A stretch of DNA of 64,000 nt from Clostridiales bacterium (GCA_012517675.1 JAAYUL010000125.1:625-64624); one strand, 5' to 3'. Positions 34,700 through 48,046 are shown, numbered from the stretch's first letter. A program made the numbers and translations. Notes: generated from the letters alone by a model not told the origin.

Positions 34700-35994
34700 T
34701 CCGCTTTTTCCCCGTTTCCTAAAAGTTTATACACGGTGTCCAGCGTCACACGGTTCGCCATGTCGATGACCTGCCCGCGGGTGACCGCCTGAATCTTTTC
34801 CACGGCTTCCTCCGGGCTCAGAATCCCGCCGGAAAAAGTCTGGGAAAGGTACCATACCTCCAGAGAGCCGAGGGAATCGCTGACCGTGCGGTAACTGTTG
34901 CACAGTGCCAGCCTGGCGGAATTCAGTTCGTTTTCATCAAAATTCCCGTGTTTTACCTCATCCAGCTGACGGATGATTTCTTCCTTTGCGCGCTCCACGT
35001 TTTTGTTGTCCACACCGCTTTGCACCAGCATGATTCCCTTGATCGAATTGTAAAGGGCGGAACAATAGTAGCACAGGCTCAGCTTTTCCCGGACGTTCAG
35101 AAAGAGCTTGGAGCTGGGCGTCCCGCCGTAAAGCGCGACCATCAATTTCATCGCCCAGACATCCTCGTCCGGCACGGCGGCAGCCGTGCGGAAGCCAAGC
35201 ACCAGCTTCGACTGCGCAACGTCGGCGGGCTCCGAAATTTCGCGAACCTTGTCCGCTGTTTTTACAACGGTCATTTTGCAGCCGTCCGCCGGCGTTTTTG
35301 CCTCGCTTTGAAACGCACGCGCGAATTTTTCATACACCGGCCCCGGGTCACAGTCGCCAAGCACCAGAATTTCCACTCTCGCGCGGCGGAGCAGCTCCCG
35401 CCAAGCCTGTGTGAGCGTTTCCCGCCGGAGCTTTTCCACATCGTCCGTAGTGCCGTACCGGCCGATTCCGTACGGCTCGTTTTTGCACATCAGCTCTTCG
35501 CAGCGCAGCCTTGCGTAAGTGCGTTTGTCATTGTATTCCGACCGGATCGCCTCGATGATCTGGCGCTTTTCCTGTTCAAACCCGTCCTGCGGAAATAAGT
35601 CGTCTTCAAAGGGCGGGTCGAAAATCATACTGCAAAGCAGACTGGAAAGCTCCGTGGAAACGCTTTCCTTGTCCAAAGCGTAACGGTCCGCAATACCGGT
35701 TGCGGAAACGGACAAAAGCTGCACATCGCCCAGCTTTTGTACCTCCGCGTCGATTTCCGCGCCATAAAGCTCCGAAAGGCGCTCCCCCAGCCTTGTGTAA
35801 TCGGGGTATTCCCTGCTGGCCCGGCTCAAAAGGAACGGAAGGATTGCGTTTGAGGCCGCCGTGTCCTTTTGCAGGGGCAGCATAAAATTAACGGACATGC
35901 GCGCTGTTTTAAATTTTACGTCGCGAATGCTGCGGAAACTGACTCCGGCACAGACAGCACGCTGTTCTGTTTCAATCATCCATTTCATCTCCAA
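34696..35994 (-). CDS. M16-family peptidase-like protein lacking the HxxEH motif (YmfF-like, probably non-catalytic partner)
   Basis: 432 aa with the M16 fold pattern (FKTARMSVNFMLPL..., LSELYGA). I found no HxxEH. Confidence 0.72.
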   Translation of the reverse strand: MEMKWMIETEQRAVCAGVSFRSIRDVKFKTARMSVNFMLPLQKDTAASNAILPFLLSRASREYPDYTRLGERLSELYGAEIDAEVQKLGDVQLLSVSATGIADRYALDKESVSTELSSLLCSMIFDPPFEDDLFPQDGFEQEKRQIIEAIRSEYNDKRTYARLRCEELMCKNEPYGIGRYGTTDDVEKLRRETLTQAWRELLRRARVEILVLGDCDPGPVYEKFARAFQSEAKTPADGCKMTVVKTADKVREISEPADVAQSKLVLGFRTAAAVPDEDVWAMKLMVALYGGTPSSKLFLNVREKLSLCYYCSALYNSIKGIMLVQSGVDNKNVERAKEEIIRQLDEVKHGNFDENELNSARLALCNSYRTVSDSLGSLEVWYLSQTFSGGILSPEEAVEKIQAVTRGQVIDMANRVTLDTVYKLLGNGEKAE

Positions 35995-36110
35995 AACAAA
36001 CTTGTTAAAATCAGATTTTATTATATCACAATCAACTGCCCAAGCAAAGAATGATTATTCCAAAAAATTTGTGAACATCCATACAGCGGCTGCTTCATCA
36101 TGCAGCCGTA

Positions 36111-36139
36111 TTGCAGGCGCTTCCGTGAAATGCTATAAT
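36111..36139 (+). promoter_or_regulatory. Promoter of the DMT transporter gene (TTGCAG-17 nt-TGcTATAAT)
   Basis: Hexamers read directly from the sequence. Confidence 0.45.
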
Positions 36140-36161
36140 AAAGGCAACAGGAACAAATGAG

Positions 36162-37103
36162 GTGCGAAAAAGATTGAAAACAAAAAATAAATCCATTCTG
36201 GCGGAACTGGGGCTTCTTTTCATTACCATCATATGGGGAAGCGCTTTTGTTGTGGTGAAAAACGCAACGGATTCGGTCCCCGTCAACTATATTATCGCTG
36301 TTCGGTTCGGGATTGCCTGCCTTCTCCTCTTAATATTCTTTTTTCCCCGAATCAAAAAAATTGATCTGCGCGCTGTGAAATCCGGGGCGATTCTTGGCAG
36401 CATTTTGTACCTTGCCTATTTTTTGCAGACAGTCGGCGTAAAATACACCACCGCGGGAAACAACGCGTTTCTGACCGCCGTTTATGTTGTAATCGTTCCG
36501 TTTCTTTACTGGGGTGTCAAGGGGGAAAAGCCGAAGCTCAATCATATTCTCGCGGCATTTGTCTGCATTACGGGAATCGGATTTTTGTCCCTGCATGCAA
36601 ACCTGACGATGAACCCGGGCGATATTCTGACTTTGCTGTGCGGCCTTGCCTTCGCCGCACATATTGTCGCAATGGGTATTCTTACCAAAAAAACAGACCC
36701 TATTCTGCTTTCGTTCACACAATTTTTCTTTACGACGGTACTTTCACTGCCGGCGGCTCTGGCGACCGAAACTTTTCCGGCACATATCGGAACGGATATG
36801 GTCCTTTCCTTTCTATATATCGGCGTGTTCAGCACACTGGTCGCCATGGTGCTGCAATCGGTCTGCCAGCAGTATGTTCCGCCCGCAAAGGCTTCGCTGA
36901 TCATGTCGCTGGAAGCGCTCTTCGGCACGGTTTTCGGGATCATCTTCCTCCGGGAGCAGCTGACCTTCAAAACCTTATTGGGCTTTGCTTTGATTTTCGC
37001 GGCCGTCCTGATTTCCGAAACGCAGCCGTCTTTCCTTCGCGTATTGCGGAAAAACAGGTTACCCGATGAATTATCCGCTGAAAGTGATATACGGACACCG
37101 TAG
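36162..37103 (+). CDS. DMT-superfamily (EamA-type) transporter
   Basis: Ten predicted TMs in two EamA repeats, with ITIIWGSAFVVVK near the N-terminus. The true start may be the in-frame TTG at 36174 (GAGGTG 9 nt upstream). Confidence 0.8.
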   Translation: MRKRLKTKNKSILAELGLLFITIIWGSAFVVVKNATDSVPVNYIIAVRFGIACLLLLIFFFPRIKKIDLRAVKSGAILGSILYLAYFLQTVGVKYTTAGNNAFLTAVYVVIVPFLYWGVKGEKPKLNHILAAFVCITGIGFLSLHANLTMNPGDILTLLCGLAFAAHIVAMGILTKKTDPILLSFTQFFFTTVLSLPAALATETFPAHIGTDMVLSFLYIGVFSTLVAMVLQSVCQQYVPPAKASLIMSLEALFGTVFGIIFLREQLTFKTLLGFALIFAAVLISETQPSFLRVLRKNRLPDELSAESDIRTP

Positions 37104-37113
37104 AATGAACAAA

Positions 37114-37135
37114 GGGGCTGTTTTGCAACAGCCCC
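37114..37135. terminator. Bidirectional terminator between the DMT gene and metY
   Basis: GGGGCTGTT-ttgc-AACAGCCCC (9-bp stem), with A-rich and T-rich tracts on either side. Confidence 0.7.
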
Positions 37136-37144
37136 GATTTGTTG

Positions 37145-38419
37145 TTATAACCCGGCAAGCGCCTGATCGATATCCGCAAGAATATCGTCGATATTTTCGA
37201 TGCCGACGGACATCCTCACCATATCGGCGCCGATTCCGGCCTGCGCGAGCTGCTCATCGCTCAATTGGCGGTGCGTGGTGCTCGCCGGATGCAGCACACT
37301 TGTGCGAAGGTCCGCCACGTGGACGACAATGGACGCCAATTTCAAGCCGCCCATAAATTTGGCAGCCGCTTCCCTGCCGCCCTTCACACCGAAGGATATT
37401 ACGCCGGAGGTTCCGTTCGGCATATATTTTTTTGCGAGTGCGTAGTATTTATTGCTTTTCAGCCCCGGATAATTGACCCAGGCGATCTTGTCGTTTTTTT
37501 CAAGATATTCCGCCGCCGTAAGCGCGTTTTTGCAGTGGCGCTCCATTCTGAGCGCCAGCGTTTCAAGCCCGAGGTTCAAAAGGAACGCGTTGCAGGGGCT
37601 GGCCTGCGCGCCCAGGTCGCGCATCAGGTGGGTGCGGGCTTTCATAATATAGGCGGCTTTTCCGAACTGCCTGGTGTAAACAACGCCGTGATACGATTCG
37701 TCAGGCTCCGTCAGTTCCGGGAACTTTCCGTTGTCCCAGTTGAATCGGCCGCTGTCCACAACAACGCCGCCGAGCTGAACCGCGTGGCCGTCCATGTATT
37801 TCGATGTGGAATGGGTGACGATATCCGCTCCAAATTCAAAGGGGCGGCAATTGATCGGCGTCGGAAACGTATTGTCAACAATGATCGGGACTTCGTGCGC
37901 ATGCGCGACCTTGGAAAACAGCTCCAGATCCGTTACGATCAGGGAAGGATTGGTCAGCGTCTCCGCAAAGACGCAGCGGGTATTCGGCTGAAACGCCGCG
38001 TTCAGTTCCTCTTCGGTCGCGTCGGCGGAAACAAAGGTAAAATCAATGCCCATTTCATGCATGGTTTTATAAAAGAGGTTGAAGGTTCCGCCGTAAATCG
38101 CATTGCAGCAAACCACATGGCCGCCGGCACGGCAGATATTGAACACGGCAATCATGGAAGCCGCCTGCCCGGACGCAGTGAGCAGCGCGCCGACACCGCC
38201 TTCCAGCGCGGCTATTTTCTTTTCCACCGCGTCAAGGGTCGGGTTGCCAAGGCGGGTATAAAAGAATCCGTCGGATTTCAAATCAAACAGCCGGCCCAAT
38301 GTCTCCGCATTGCTGTATTTAAACGTCGTGCTCTGAACGATCGGCAGAACGCGCGGCTCTCCGTTGCCGGGCTCATAGCCGGCATGAATGCATTCCGTGT
38401 CGATATGATAATGCTCCAT
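37145..38419 (-). CDS. metY: O-acetylhomoserine aminocarboxypropyltransferase (sulfhydrylase), PLP-dependent
   Basis: Contains IHAGYEPGNGEPRVLPIVQSTTFKY, the PLP-lysine region HSTSKYMDGH and HPASTTH. Start at ATG 38419 (AAGGGAG RBS). Confidence 0.88.
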   Translation of the reverse strand: MEHYHIDTECIHAGYEPGNGEPRVLPIVQSTTFKYSNAETLGRLFDLKSDGFFYTRLGNPTLDAVEKKIAALEGGVGALLTASGQAASMIAVFNICRAGGHVVCCNAIYGGTFNLFYKTMHEMGIDFTFVSADATEEELNAAFQPNTRCVFAETLTNPSLIVTDLELFSKVAHAHEVPIIVDNTFPTPINCRPFEFGADIVTHSTSKYMDGHAVQLGGVVVDSGRFNWDNGKFPELTEPDESYHGVVYTRQFGKAAYIMKARTHLMRDLGAQASPCNAFLLNLGLETLALRMERHCKNALTAAEYLEKNDKIAWVNYPGLKSNKYYALAKKYMPNGTSGVISFGVKGGREAAAKFMGGLKLASIVVHVADLRTSVLHPASTTHRQLSDEQLAQAGIGADMVRMSVGIENIDDILADIDQALAGL

Positions 38420-38578
38420 GTTTACTCCCTTGCTTTCTGTATTCTCAAACATTTTTTTATAATAAAGGCTGCGGCAGCCGGCCGCGCGGCCGGAAACGCC
38501 GTAACCAGAGGGCTCTTCCTTATCTTTCCGTCTATCATACCATATTTTCCGGCGGATTTACAAGCCGTATCCGAAGGT

Positions 38579-39160
38579 TTACAGGAAGACGGGGCGAATT
38601 TGCCTGTTTTCCAGCGCCGCCATGGCGGCAGGCAGAACCTGCTGAAAATCGGCTACAACCGAAAACGGCTTTTTCACCGGGTCATCCTGACGCATGGGAA
38701 CAAAATAGATGTTTTTTGTATTGAGCAGCTTCCCGATATTCTGCGCCGACGCCGCGAGCGCGTCATTGGTTGCCGGGGCGAGAAGCACCGGGCGGCCTAC
38801 CCGCAGCGTGGATTTCACCGCCATGGTAACTGAGGTGTCCGTGATTCCGTTGGCTATTTTGGCGAGCGTGTTTCCCGTGCATGGCGCTACAATCATCAGG
38901 TCGGCCATTTTTTTCGGACCGATCGGCTCCGCCTCCACAATGCTTTTTATAATTTTTTTTCCGCAGATTTCCTCCACATTCTGAATAAACTCCGCGGCCG
39001 GACCGAACCGTGTATCCGTAGAGTATGCGTTTTGAGACATAATCGGCAAAATATCAAATCCCGCTTCCGCAATTTTTTTCAACTCGTCAATTGCTTTGGA
39101 AAATGTGCAGAAAGAGCCGCACATGGCAAATCCAAACGTCATGCTGCGCAACGTGATCAC
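38579..39160 (-). CDS. dpaB: Dipicolinate synthase subunit B
   Basis: 193-aa flavoprotein-like protein (GFAMCGSFCTF, APCTGNTLAKIANGITD), as in SpoVFB. ATGA overlap with dpaA. Confidence 0.88.
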   Translation of the reverse strand: MITLRSMTFGFAMCGSFCTFSKAIDELKKIAEAGFDILPIMSQNAYSTDTRFGPAAEFIQNVEEICGKKIIKSIVEAEPIGPKKMADLMIVAPCTGNTLAKIANGITDTSVTMAVKSTLRVGRPVLLAPATNDALAASAQNIGKLLNTKNIYFVPMRQDDPVKKPFSVVADFQQVLPAAMAALENRQIRPVFL

Positions 39161-40017
39161 TCCTCCATAATGTTATAAATTGTATTTTTAATAATGGTAC
39201 CGGCGGTTTTCGGGGCCACTTTCCCGGGCAGAGAAAGCGCATGGATTGTTTTGATGCCCAGTTTTTCCGCGGCTTCAAAGTCTACTCCCCCCGGCATGGA
39301 GGCAAGGTCGATTATCAGCGGACGATTGTGCAGCCTGGAAAGGACCTTGCGGTTAAAAATCAGCGCGGGAACCGTGTTAAAAATAATATCGAAAGGCCGG
39401 CCGTCGCAGATCTGCTCCGTTGAAACCGGGCGGTATCCGAACGACTGTATCCAGGCCAGATCGGATTTTTTCCGGGCGCTGACCGTTACGCAGGCGCCAA
39501 GCCCGCGGAGCATCCACGAAAGAATTTTTCCGATTCTTCCGTATCCCGCCACAAGGCATCGGCTCGCGCTGAGGGTGCCAGGGTATTCCTGCATGGCGAT
39601 TGCAATAGCCCCCTCCGACGTTGGCACCGCATTGTGGATTGCAAATTCCTCGCGGGTATAATAGTCATAAGTATCAATGTTTTCCCACACTTCGCTGGTC
39701 TGGTAAAGCTTACCCATCATTCCGCCGAAGACCCTCCGGTTCCTCATCAGGCCGGCAAACTCGTCGTTCAGAAGAATTCGGTGTTCGCTGAAGGGCGTAT
39801 TCAGGTGCTTTCCGTCGCTTGTTACGGGAAGCGGCAGAATGATGTTCCGGCACTGCTGCACCGCTTCTTTTAAATCCGATTTGGTTACTTTTTCCGCAAA
39901 CTCAATATGGTCAAACCCCGCGGCGTACACCTGGTACCCGTCGGCGGCAATGGAATCCGCCAGGGCGATTTGACGTTTGTCGCCCCCCAATACGCTGAAA
40001 CTGCCGGCATCCGTCAT
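39157..40017 (-). CDS. dpaA: Dipicolinate synthase subunit A
   Basis: 286 aa. SpoVFA-like, with a Rossmann motif VAGYGRIGK and an N-terminal LGGDKRQ. Confidence 0.88.
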   Translation of the reverse strand: MTDAGSFSVLGGDKRQIALADSIAADGYQVYAAGFDHIEFAEKVTKSDLKEAVQQCRNIILPLPVTSDGKHLNTPFSEHRILLNDEFAGLMRNRRVFGGMMGKLYQTSEVWENIDTYDYYTREEFAIHNAVPTSEGAIAIAMQEYPGTLSASRCLVAGYGRIGKILSWMLRGLGACVTVSARKKSDLAWIQSFGYRPVSTEQICDGRPFDIIFNTVPALIFNRKVLSRLHNRPLIIDLASMPGGVDFEAAEKLGIKTIHALSLPGKVAPKTAGTIIKNTIYNIMEE

Positions 40018-40215
40018 CGTAAAATACCTCCATGCTTTTCTTCCAACATAGTATGGAAACAGAGAAAGCTGTGTGATTGGTCATTGAAAATTAAAAATCT
40101 GAATTTCATTTTTATATTGCATCCGTCAACAAATGTGTTTATTATTAATGAGTATGGAAATATAATAATCGGAACCAACTCTGAACGATGAATATTTTTA
40201 AGGAGCGCGTCTGTT

Positions 40216-41592
40216 ATGGAATTTCAGGATACGTTGTCTAAAGTAAAAAAAATACATTTTGTGGGAATCGGCGGTTCGGGGATGTGCCCCCTTGCCGAAA
40301 TCCTGCATCACAGGGGCTATGAGCTGACCGGCTCGGATAATACCGAATCTGAAACATTGGCCCGGATCCGTTCCTACGGGATTCCGGTCACCATGGGGCA
40401 TTACCCGGAAAATGTGAAAGGAGCAGAGCTGGTGGTTTACACCGCCGCCGTGAAACCCGACAATCCGGAGCTTGTGGCGGCAAAAGAGATGGGCATTCCC
40501 GTGGTGGAACGCTCCGTCATGCTCGGCATGGTGACGCGCAGGTTCAAAAATTCGATCGCGGTTTCCGGCACGCACGGAAAAACCACAACCACCGCGATGA
40601 TCACCCAGGTTTTGCTGAACGCCGGGGCGGACCCCTCCGCCGTGATCGGGGGAAAGCTGCCGCTGATCGGCGGCAACGGGCGCGCCGGAAAGTCCGAGAC
40701 GATTGTGTGCGAAGCCTGCGAATATGTGGACACCTTCCTTCAGCTGAACCCGGCTGTTTCTGTTATTCTAAACATAGACGCCGACCACCTGGACTATTTT
40801 CACACGGTTGAAAACATCATTCGTTCCTTCCGCAAGTTTGCACGGCAGACCACGGACCTGCTGGTCGTAAACGGCGACGACGCCAACACCCGCAAAGCGG
40901 TGGAAGGGTTGACCCATGCGAAAATTCTGACCTTTGGCTTTGATTCCTCAAACGATTATTATGCTGCAAATATTGCGGAAACGAAGCTGGCGCGCGAAAA
41001 CTTCACCGTTATGAAGCAGGGCAAAAAAATGGCGGACGTGACGCTGAACATCCCCGGAAAACACAATATTTACAACGCTCTTGCCGCGTTTGCCGTCGCG
41101 GATTCCCTCGGTGTGGACGCGGCGGTCATCGCGGACGGCCTGCATGCGTTTACCGGCGTGCACCGTCGGTTTGAAATACGGGGGAATTTCGGGGGGATCA
41201 CGGTGGCGGACGATTTCGCGCACCACCCCACGGAGCTGACCGCCACCCTGACCGCGGCCACGCATATGGGCTTTCGGAATGTTTGGGCGGTTTTCCAGCC
41301 CCACACGTATTCCAGGACATTCCTTCTGCTGAACGAGTTTGCCAAAGCGCTGTCCATTGCGGACCATGTTGTGCTTTCTGAAATTCTCGCCGTGCGCGAA
41401 ACAAACACCTATAACATTTACGCAAAGGATCTGGCCGATAAAATCCCGGGGTGCGTCTGGTTCAAAACCTTTGAGGAAATTACGGATTATGTCACAAAAA
41501 ACGCGCAGCCGGGCGATTTGATCATTACCATTGGCGGCGGGGACGTTTATAAATGCGCCAATATGATTGTGGCAAAATATCAGGATCAGTAA
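40216..41592 (+). CDS. murC: UDP-N-acetylmuramate--L-alanine ligase
   Basis: 458 aa. Contains HFVGIGGSGMCPLAEIL, VSGTHGKTTTTAM and DDFAHHPTE. Confidence 0.92.
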   Translation: MEFQDTLSKVKKIHFVGIGGSGMCPLAEILHHRGYELTGSDNTESETLARIRSYGIPVTMGHYPENVKGAELVVYTAAVKPDNPELVAAKEMGIPVVERSVMLGMVTRRFKNSIAVSGTHGKTTTTAMITQVLLNAGADPSAVIGGKLPLIGGNGRAGKSETIVCEACEYVDTFLQLNPAVSVILNIDADHLDYFHTVENIIRSFRKFARQTTDLLVVNGDDANTRKAVEGLTHAKILTFGFDSSNDYYAANIAETKLARENFTVMKQGKKMADVTLNIPGKHNIYNALAAFAVADSLGVDAAVIADGLHAFTGVHRRFEIRGNFGGITVADDFAHHPTELTATLTAATHMGFRNVWAVFQPHTYSRTFLLLNEFAKALSIADHVVLSEILAVRETNTYNIYAKDLADKIPGCVWFKTFEEITDYVTKNAQPGDLIITIGGGDVYKCANMIVAKYQDQ

Positions 41593-41619
41593 AATGTGTT
41601 AAGAGCCATGCAAAATCAT

Positions 41620-41659
41620 AAAACGGCAGGGAGAAAGTTTCGTTTCTCCCTGCCGTTTT
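41620..41659. terminator. Bidirectional terminator between murC and uvrA
   Basis: Perfect 17-bp stem AAAACGGCAGGGAGAAA/TTTCTCCCTGCCGTTTT with a 6-nt loop. Confidence 0.75.
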
Positions 41660-41703
41660 CACGCGGATTTTTTCTTTTGCACCGCCGCTCCCTGCGGCTC
41701 TGT

Positions 41704-44547
<2,844 letters not shown>

Positions 44548-44567
44548 ACTGCCTCCAAAACAGGTGC

Positions 44568-46529
44568 TTACTTTTCGCCGGTGAGCTGTTTGATTTTATC
44601 CCGTAAATACGCGGCGTGTTCAAATTCCAGCAGCTTTGCCGCCGCTTTCATTTCCCGGGTCAGCTGTTCGATCATCTGCCTGCGCTCCGCCGGGCTGAGC
44701 CGCTTCTTCTTTTTCCCTTTTTCATCGTCTTTATGCGTGGATATTTCAAGCACGTCCGCCACCTTTTTGACAATGGTTTGCGGGACGATCCCGTGTTCGC
44801 TGTTATATGCCATCTGGATGTTACGGCGGCGCTCGGTTTCCCGGATGGCCGATTCCATAGACGGTGTGACCGAATCGGCGTACATGATAACCTGCCCCTT
44901 TGCGTTTCGCGCCGCGCGGCCGATCGTCTGAATCAGCGAACGCTCGGAACGCAAAAAGCCTTCCTTGTCCGCGTCCAGAATCGCGACAAGCGAAACCTCC
45001 GGGATGTCCAGCCCCTCGCGCAGCAGGTTGATGCCCACCAGAACGTCGAATTCCCCAAGCCGCAGATCGCGGATAATTTCCATGCGCTCCACGGTATCGA
45101 TGTCGTGGTGCATGTACCGCACGCGGATTCCCATGGTTTCCAGATAGGCGGTCAGGTCCTCCGCCATCTTTTTGGTCAGCGTTGTCACCAGAACGCGTTC
45201 TTTTTCCGCCGTCCTCAGATTGATTTCCGAAATCAGATCGTCGATCTGCCCGTCGGTCGGTTTTACGATCACCTCGGGGTCAATCAGGCCGGTCGGACGA
45301 ATCACCTGCTCCACAATCTGCGCCGACTTTTCCTTTTCCAGGTCGCCGGGCGTCGCGCTGACAAAAACAGCCTGGTTGACATGGGAATAGAATTCGTCGA
45401 AGTTCAGCGGGCGGTTGTCGTACGCAGAAGGCAGCCGAAACCCGAAATCGATCAGCGACTGCTTGCGCGCGCGGTCGCCCGCGTACATGGAGCGTACCTG
45501 CGGCAGCGTAACATGGGATTCGTCCACAAACAGCAGAAAATCCTTTGGAAAATAATCGAGCAGCGTAAACGGCGAGCTGCCCGGCGCGCGGCAGGAAAGC
45601 ACGCGCGAATAGTTTTCAATGCCCTTGCAGAAACCGATTTCACCCAGCATCTCCATGTCGTACTGTGTGCGTTCACGGATGCGCTGCGCTTCGATCAGCT
45701 TCCCTTCGCTTTGAAAAAACCGGACGCGCTCTTCCATTTCCCGTTCAATTTCCGCTATGGCGCGCAGCATTTTTTCACGGGGAACAATATAATGCGACGC
45801 GGGATAAATCGCCGCATGCTTCAGTTCCGCCCTGAATTCTCCGGTGAGCGCGTTGATTTCGCTGATCCGGTCGATTTCATCGCCGAAAAATTCAACGCGG
45901 ACAAAGTTTTCGTTGGACTGAGCCGGGAAGATTTCAACCACATCGCCGCGCACGCGGAACTTGTTGCGGATGAAATTGATATCGTTGCGCTCATACTGAA
46001 GCTCCACAAGCTTGCGCAGCAGCTCGTCCCGGTTTTTACGCATGCCCGGCCGAAGCGAAATCACCATGGTTCGGTAGTCGATCGGGTCGCCAAGGCTGTA
46101 AATGCACGACACACTCGCCACGATAATCACATCCCTGCGCTCTGAAAGAGCGGAGGTGGCGGAATGGCGGAGCTTGTCGATTTCATCATTGATGGCGGAA
46201 TCCTTTTCAATGTAGGTATCCGTGGTTGCAATATATGCTTCCGGCTGGTAATAATCATAATACGATACAAAATACTCCACGGCGTTTTCCGGGAAAAACT
46301 CGCGGAACTCCGAACAAAGCTGCGCCGCAAGGGTTTTATTGTGCGCAAGCACCAGCGTCGGCCGGTTCATTTGCGCAATCACGTTCGCCATGGTGAACGT
46401 TTTTCCTGAACCGGTCACGCCAAGAAGCGTCTGTTCCCTGTTTCCGGCCCGCAGACCGTCCACAAGCTGTCGGATCGCCTTGTGCTGGTCGCCGGTCGGC
46501 TTATAACCTGATACCAGTTTGAAATCCAT
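44568..46529 (-). CDS. uvrB: Excinuclease ABC subunit B
   Basis: 653 aa. Contains [16 protein letters not shown], helicase motifs and a C-terminal UVR domain ([12 protein letters not shown]). Confidence 0.95.
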   Translation of the reverse strand: MDFKLVSGYKPTGDQHKAIRQLVDGLRAGNREQTLLGVTGSGKTFTMANVIAQMNRPTLVLAHNKTLAAQLCSEFREFFPENAVEYFVSYYDYYQPEAYIATTDTYIEKDSAINDEIDKLRHSATSALSERRDVIIVASVSCIYSLGDPIDYRTMVISLRPGMRKNRDELLRKLVELQYERNDINFIRNKFRVRGDVVEIFPAQSNENFVRVEFFGDEIDRISEINALTGEFRAELKHAAIYPASHYIVPREKMLRAIAEIEREMEERVRFFQSEGKLIEAQRIRERTQYDMEMLGEIGFCKGIENYSRVLSCRAPGSSPFTLLDYFPKDFLLFVDESHVTLPQVRSMYAGDRARKQSLIDFGFRLPSAYDNRPLNFDEFYSHVNQAVFVSATPGDLEKEKSAQIVEQVIRPTGLIDPEVIVKPTDGQIDDLISEINLRTAEKERVLVTTLTKKMAEDLTAYLETMGIRVRYMHHDIDTVERMEIIRDLRLGEFDVLVGINLLREGLDIPEVSLVAILDADKEGFLRSERSLIQTIGRAARNAKGQVIMYADSVTPSMESAIRETERRRNIQMAYNSEHGIVPQTIVKKVADVLEISTHKDDEKGKKKKRLSPAERRQMIEQLTREMKAAAKLLEFEHAAYLRDKIKQLTGEK

Positions 46530-46531
46530 AA

Positions 46532-47281
46532 TTACTCCGTATTCCTTCCCGAATCAAAAAGCTCCGGCATAATTCCGCTCTTTGCAATAGAAAAATAATC
46601 GTTGTCGCTCACAATGATATGATCGGTCAGCTGTACCTCCACGGTCTGAAGCGCGTCGTAAATCCAGCGCGTGGTGTCCAGATCCTGCCGGGAAGGCATG
46701 CAGTTTCCGCTCGGATGGTTATGGGACAAAATGGCGTAAACGGCGTTGTACTGCACGGCGAGGCGCACAATTTTCTTGATATAAATATTGGCGGTCACCG
46801 CGGTTCCCTCATTGACCACATCACAATAAAGCGCTCTGCTCTTGCTGTCGAGCAGGAGCAGAACGACAATTTCGTTGGAACGCCCGATAAATCTGCTCAT
46901 CAGATACCGGCCGGCTTCCTCATAGCTGAATATCCGGTTTTGTCCCTGATTCAGGCTTTGCTGGTAAACGCGGCTCAGCTCCGGAACCAGCTTGATGAGA
47001 GTCGCCGCGGATTTGCCGATTCCATCCACCCTCAACAATTCTTCCATCGGGGCGTTGAACACACCGGCGAGAGTTCCGAATTTTTTCAGCAGCGCGTGGC
47101 CGGCGGGATTGGTGTCTTTCAGTGGGATGGCGTAAAAAAGAAGCAGTTCCAATACTTCATGCGGGGAAAATCCGTCGATCCCCTCTTTCAGGAATCTGGC
47201 CTTTACGCGCTCCCGGTGTCCGCTGTGAATCGGTTTTTCAGCACTTTTCTTTTCCGCGGCAACATGTTTTCCTTTGTCCAC
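46532..47281 (-). CDS. radC: RadC-family (JAB/MPN domain) protein
   Basis: Contains [10 protein letters not shown], a HhH region ([12 protein letters not shown]) and the JAMM-like HNHPSG motif. It ends 2 nt before the uvrB start. Confidence 0.8.
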   Translation of the reverse strand: MDKGKHVAAEKKSAEKPIHSGHRERVKARFLKEGIDGFSPHEVLELLLFYAIPLKDTNPAGHALLKKFGTLAGVFNAPMEELLRVDGIGKSAATLIKLVPELSRVYQQSLNQGQNRIFSYEEAGRYLMSRFIGRSNEIVVLLLLDSKSRALYCDVVNEGTAVTANIYIKKIVRLAVQYNAVYAILSHNHPSGNCMPSRQDLDTTRWIYDALQTVEVQLTDHIIVSDNDYFSIAKSGIMPELFDSGRNTE

Positions 47282-47320
47282 AGCAGGCGCATCCCTTCGG
47301 TTTGTTATTGCAGTCCGCGG

Positions 47321-47902
47321 TTATATTTTTCTGCTGCCGGGCTTGACCGGCGCAGGCGCGCCCGCTTTGCAAAGCGGACAGTTTTCAGGTCCCCAGGACT
47401 CCACATCGACCGAAATGACGGCCTTGAACGGGACCCCGAAATCGATTTTGCCCCCGGTGCGGTCCACAATGGAACCGACGCCGACCACAACGCCGCCCGC
47501 GGCCTTGACCAGATCGATCACCTCGCGCACGGAACCGCCCGTTGTGACCACGTCTTCCACTACCAGAACCCTGTCGCCGGGATTCACGGCAAAGCCGCGG
47601 CGAAGCGCCATTTTTCCCTCTTCATCGCGTTCCGTGAAAAAGTTTTCACAATGCAGCGGCCGGCTTACTTCATACGCCATCTGCACCGCGCCCATGGCGG
47701 GACCGATCACGATCTGCACCTTGTCGTTCTTGAATTGCTCCGCCAGCGCGGCGCAAAGCTCTTCACTGTATTTTGTATTGCGGAAGATTTTGGCGCACTG
47801 CAGGTATTTGTTGCTGTGCCTGCCGGAGGTCAGCCGGAAATGGCCTTCCAGCAAAACGCCCGCTTCCTTCAGTATTTCCATTACGCGTTCCTGTGTAATC
47901 AT
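47321..47902 (-). CDS. pyrE: Orotate phosphoribosyltransferase
   Basis: 193 aa. Contains GHFRLTSGRHSNKYLQC and the PRPP motif VLVVEDVVTTGGS. Confidence 0.9.
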   Translation of the reverse strand: MITQERVMEILKEAGVLLEGHFRLTSGRHSNKYLQCAKIFRNTKYSEELCAALAEQFKNDKVQIVIGPAMGAVQMAYEVSRPLHCENFFTERDEEGKMALRRGFAVNPGDRVLVVEDVVTTGGSVREVIDLVKAAGGVVVGVGSIVDRTGGKIDFGVPFKAVISVDVESWGPENCPLCKAGAPAPVKPGSRKI

Positions 47903-48046
47903 AAATCCGTCTCCCTTTTTTACATTTCATTTTATTATATACTAAAATGTAATTTTTGAAAAGCGTTTTCGCCTTTTCCAAGCGCTCTTTTCGTGTTATA
48001 ATGTCTACTGCGAAGAACCTCATTTTCTCAAGGATCAGGAGTTCAT

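Noticed and set aside
38420-38578. SAM-I (S-box) riboswitch upstream of metY
   Set aside because: I looked for the conserved S-box elements and found none, and the leader is too short. It is kept as an open question in the findings rather than annotated.
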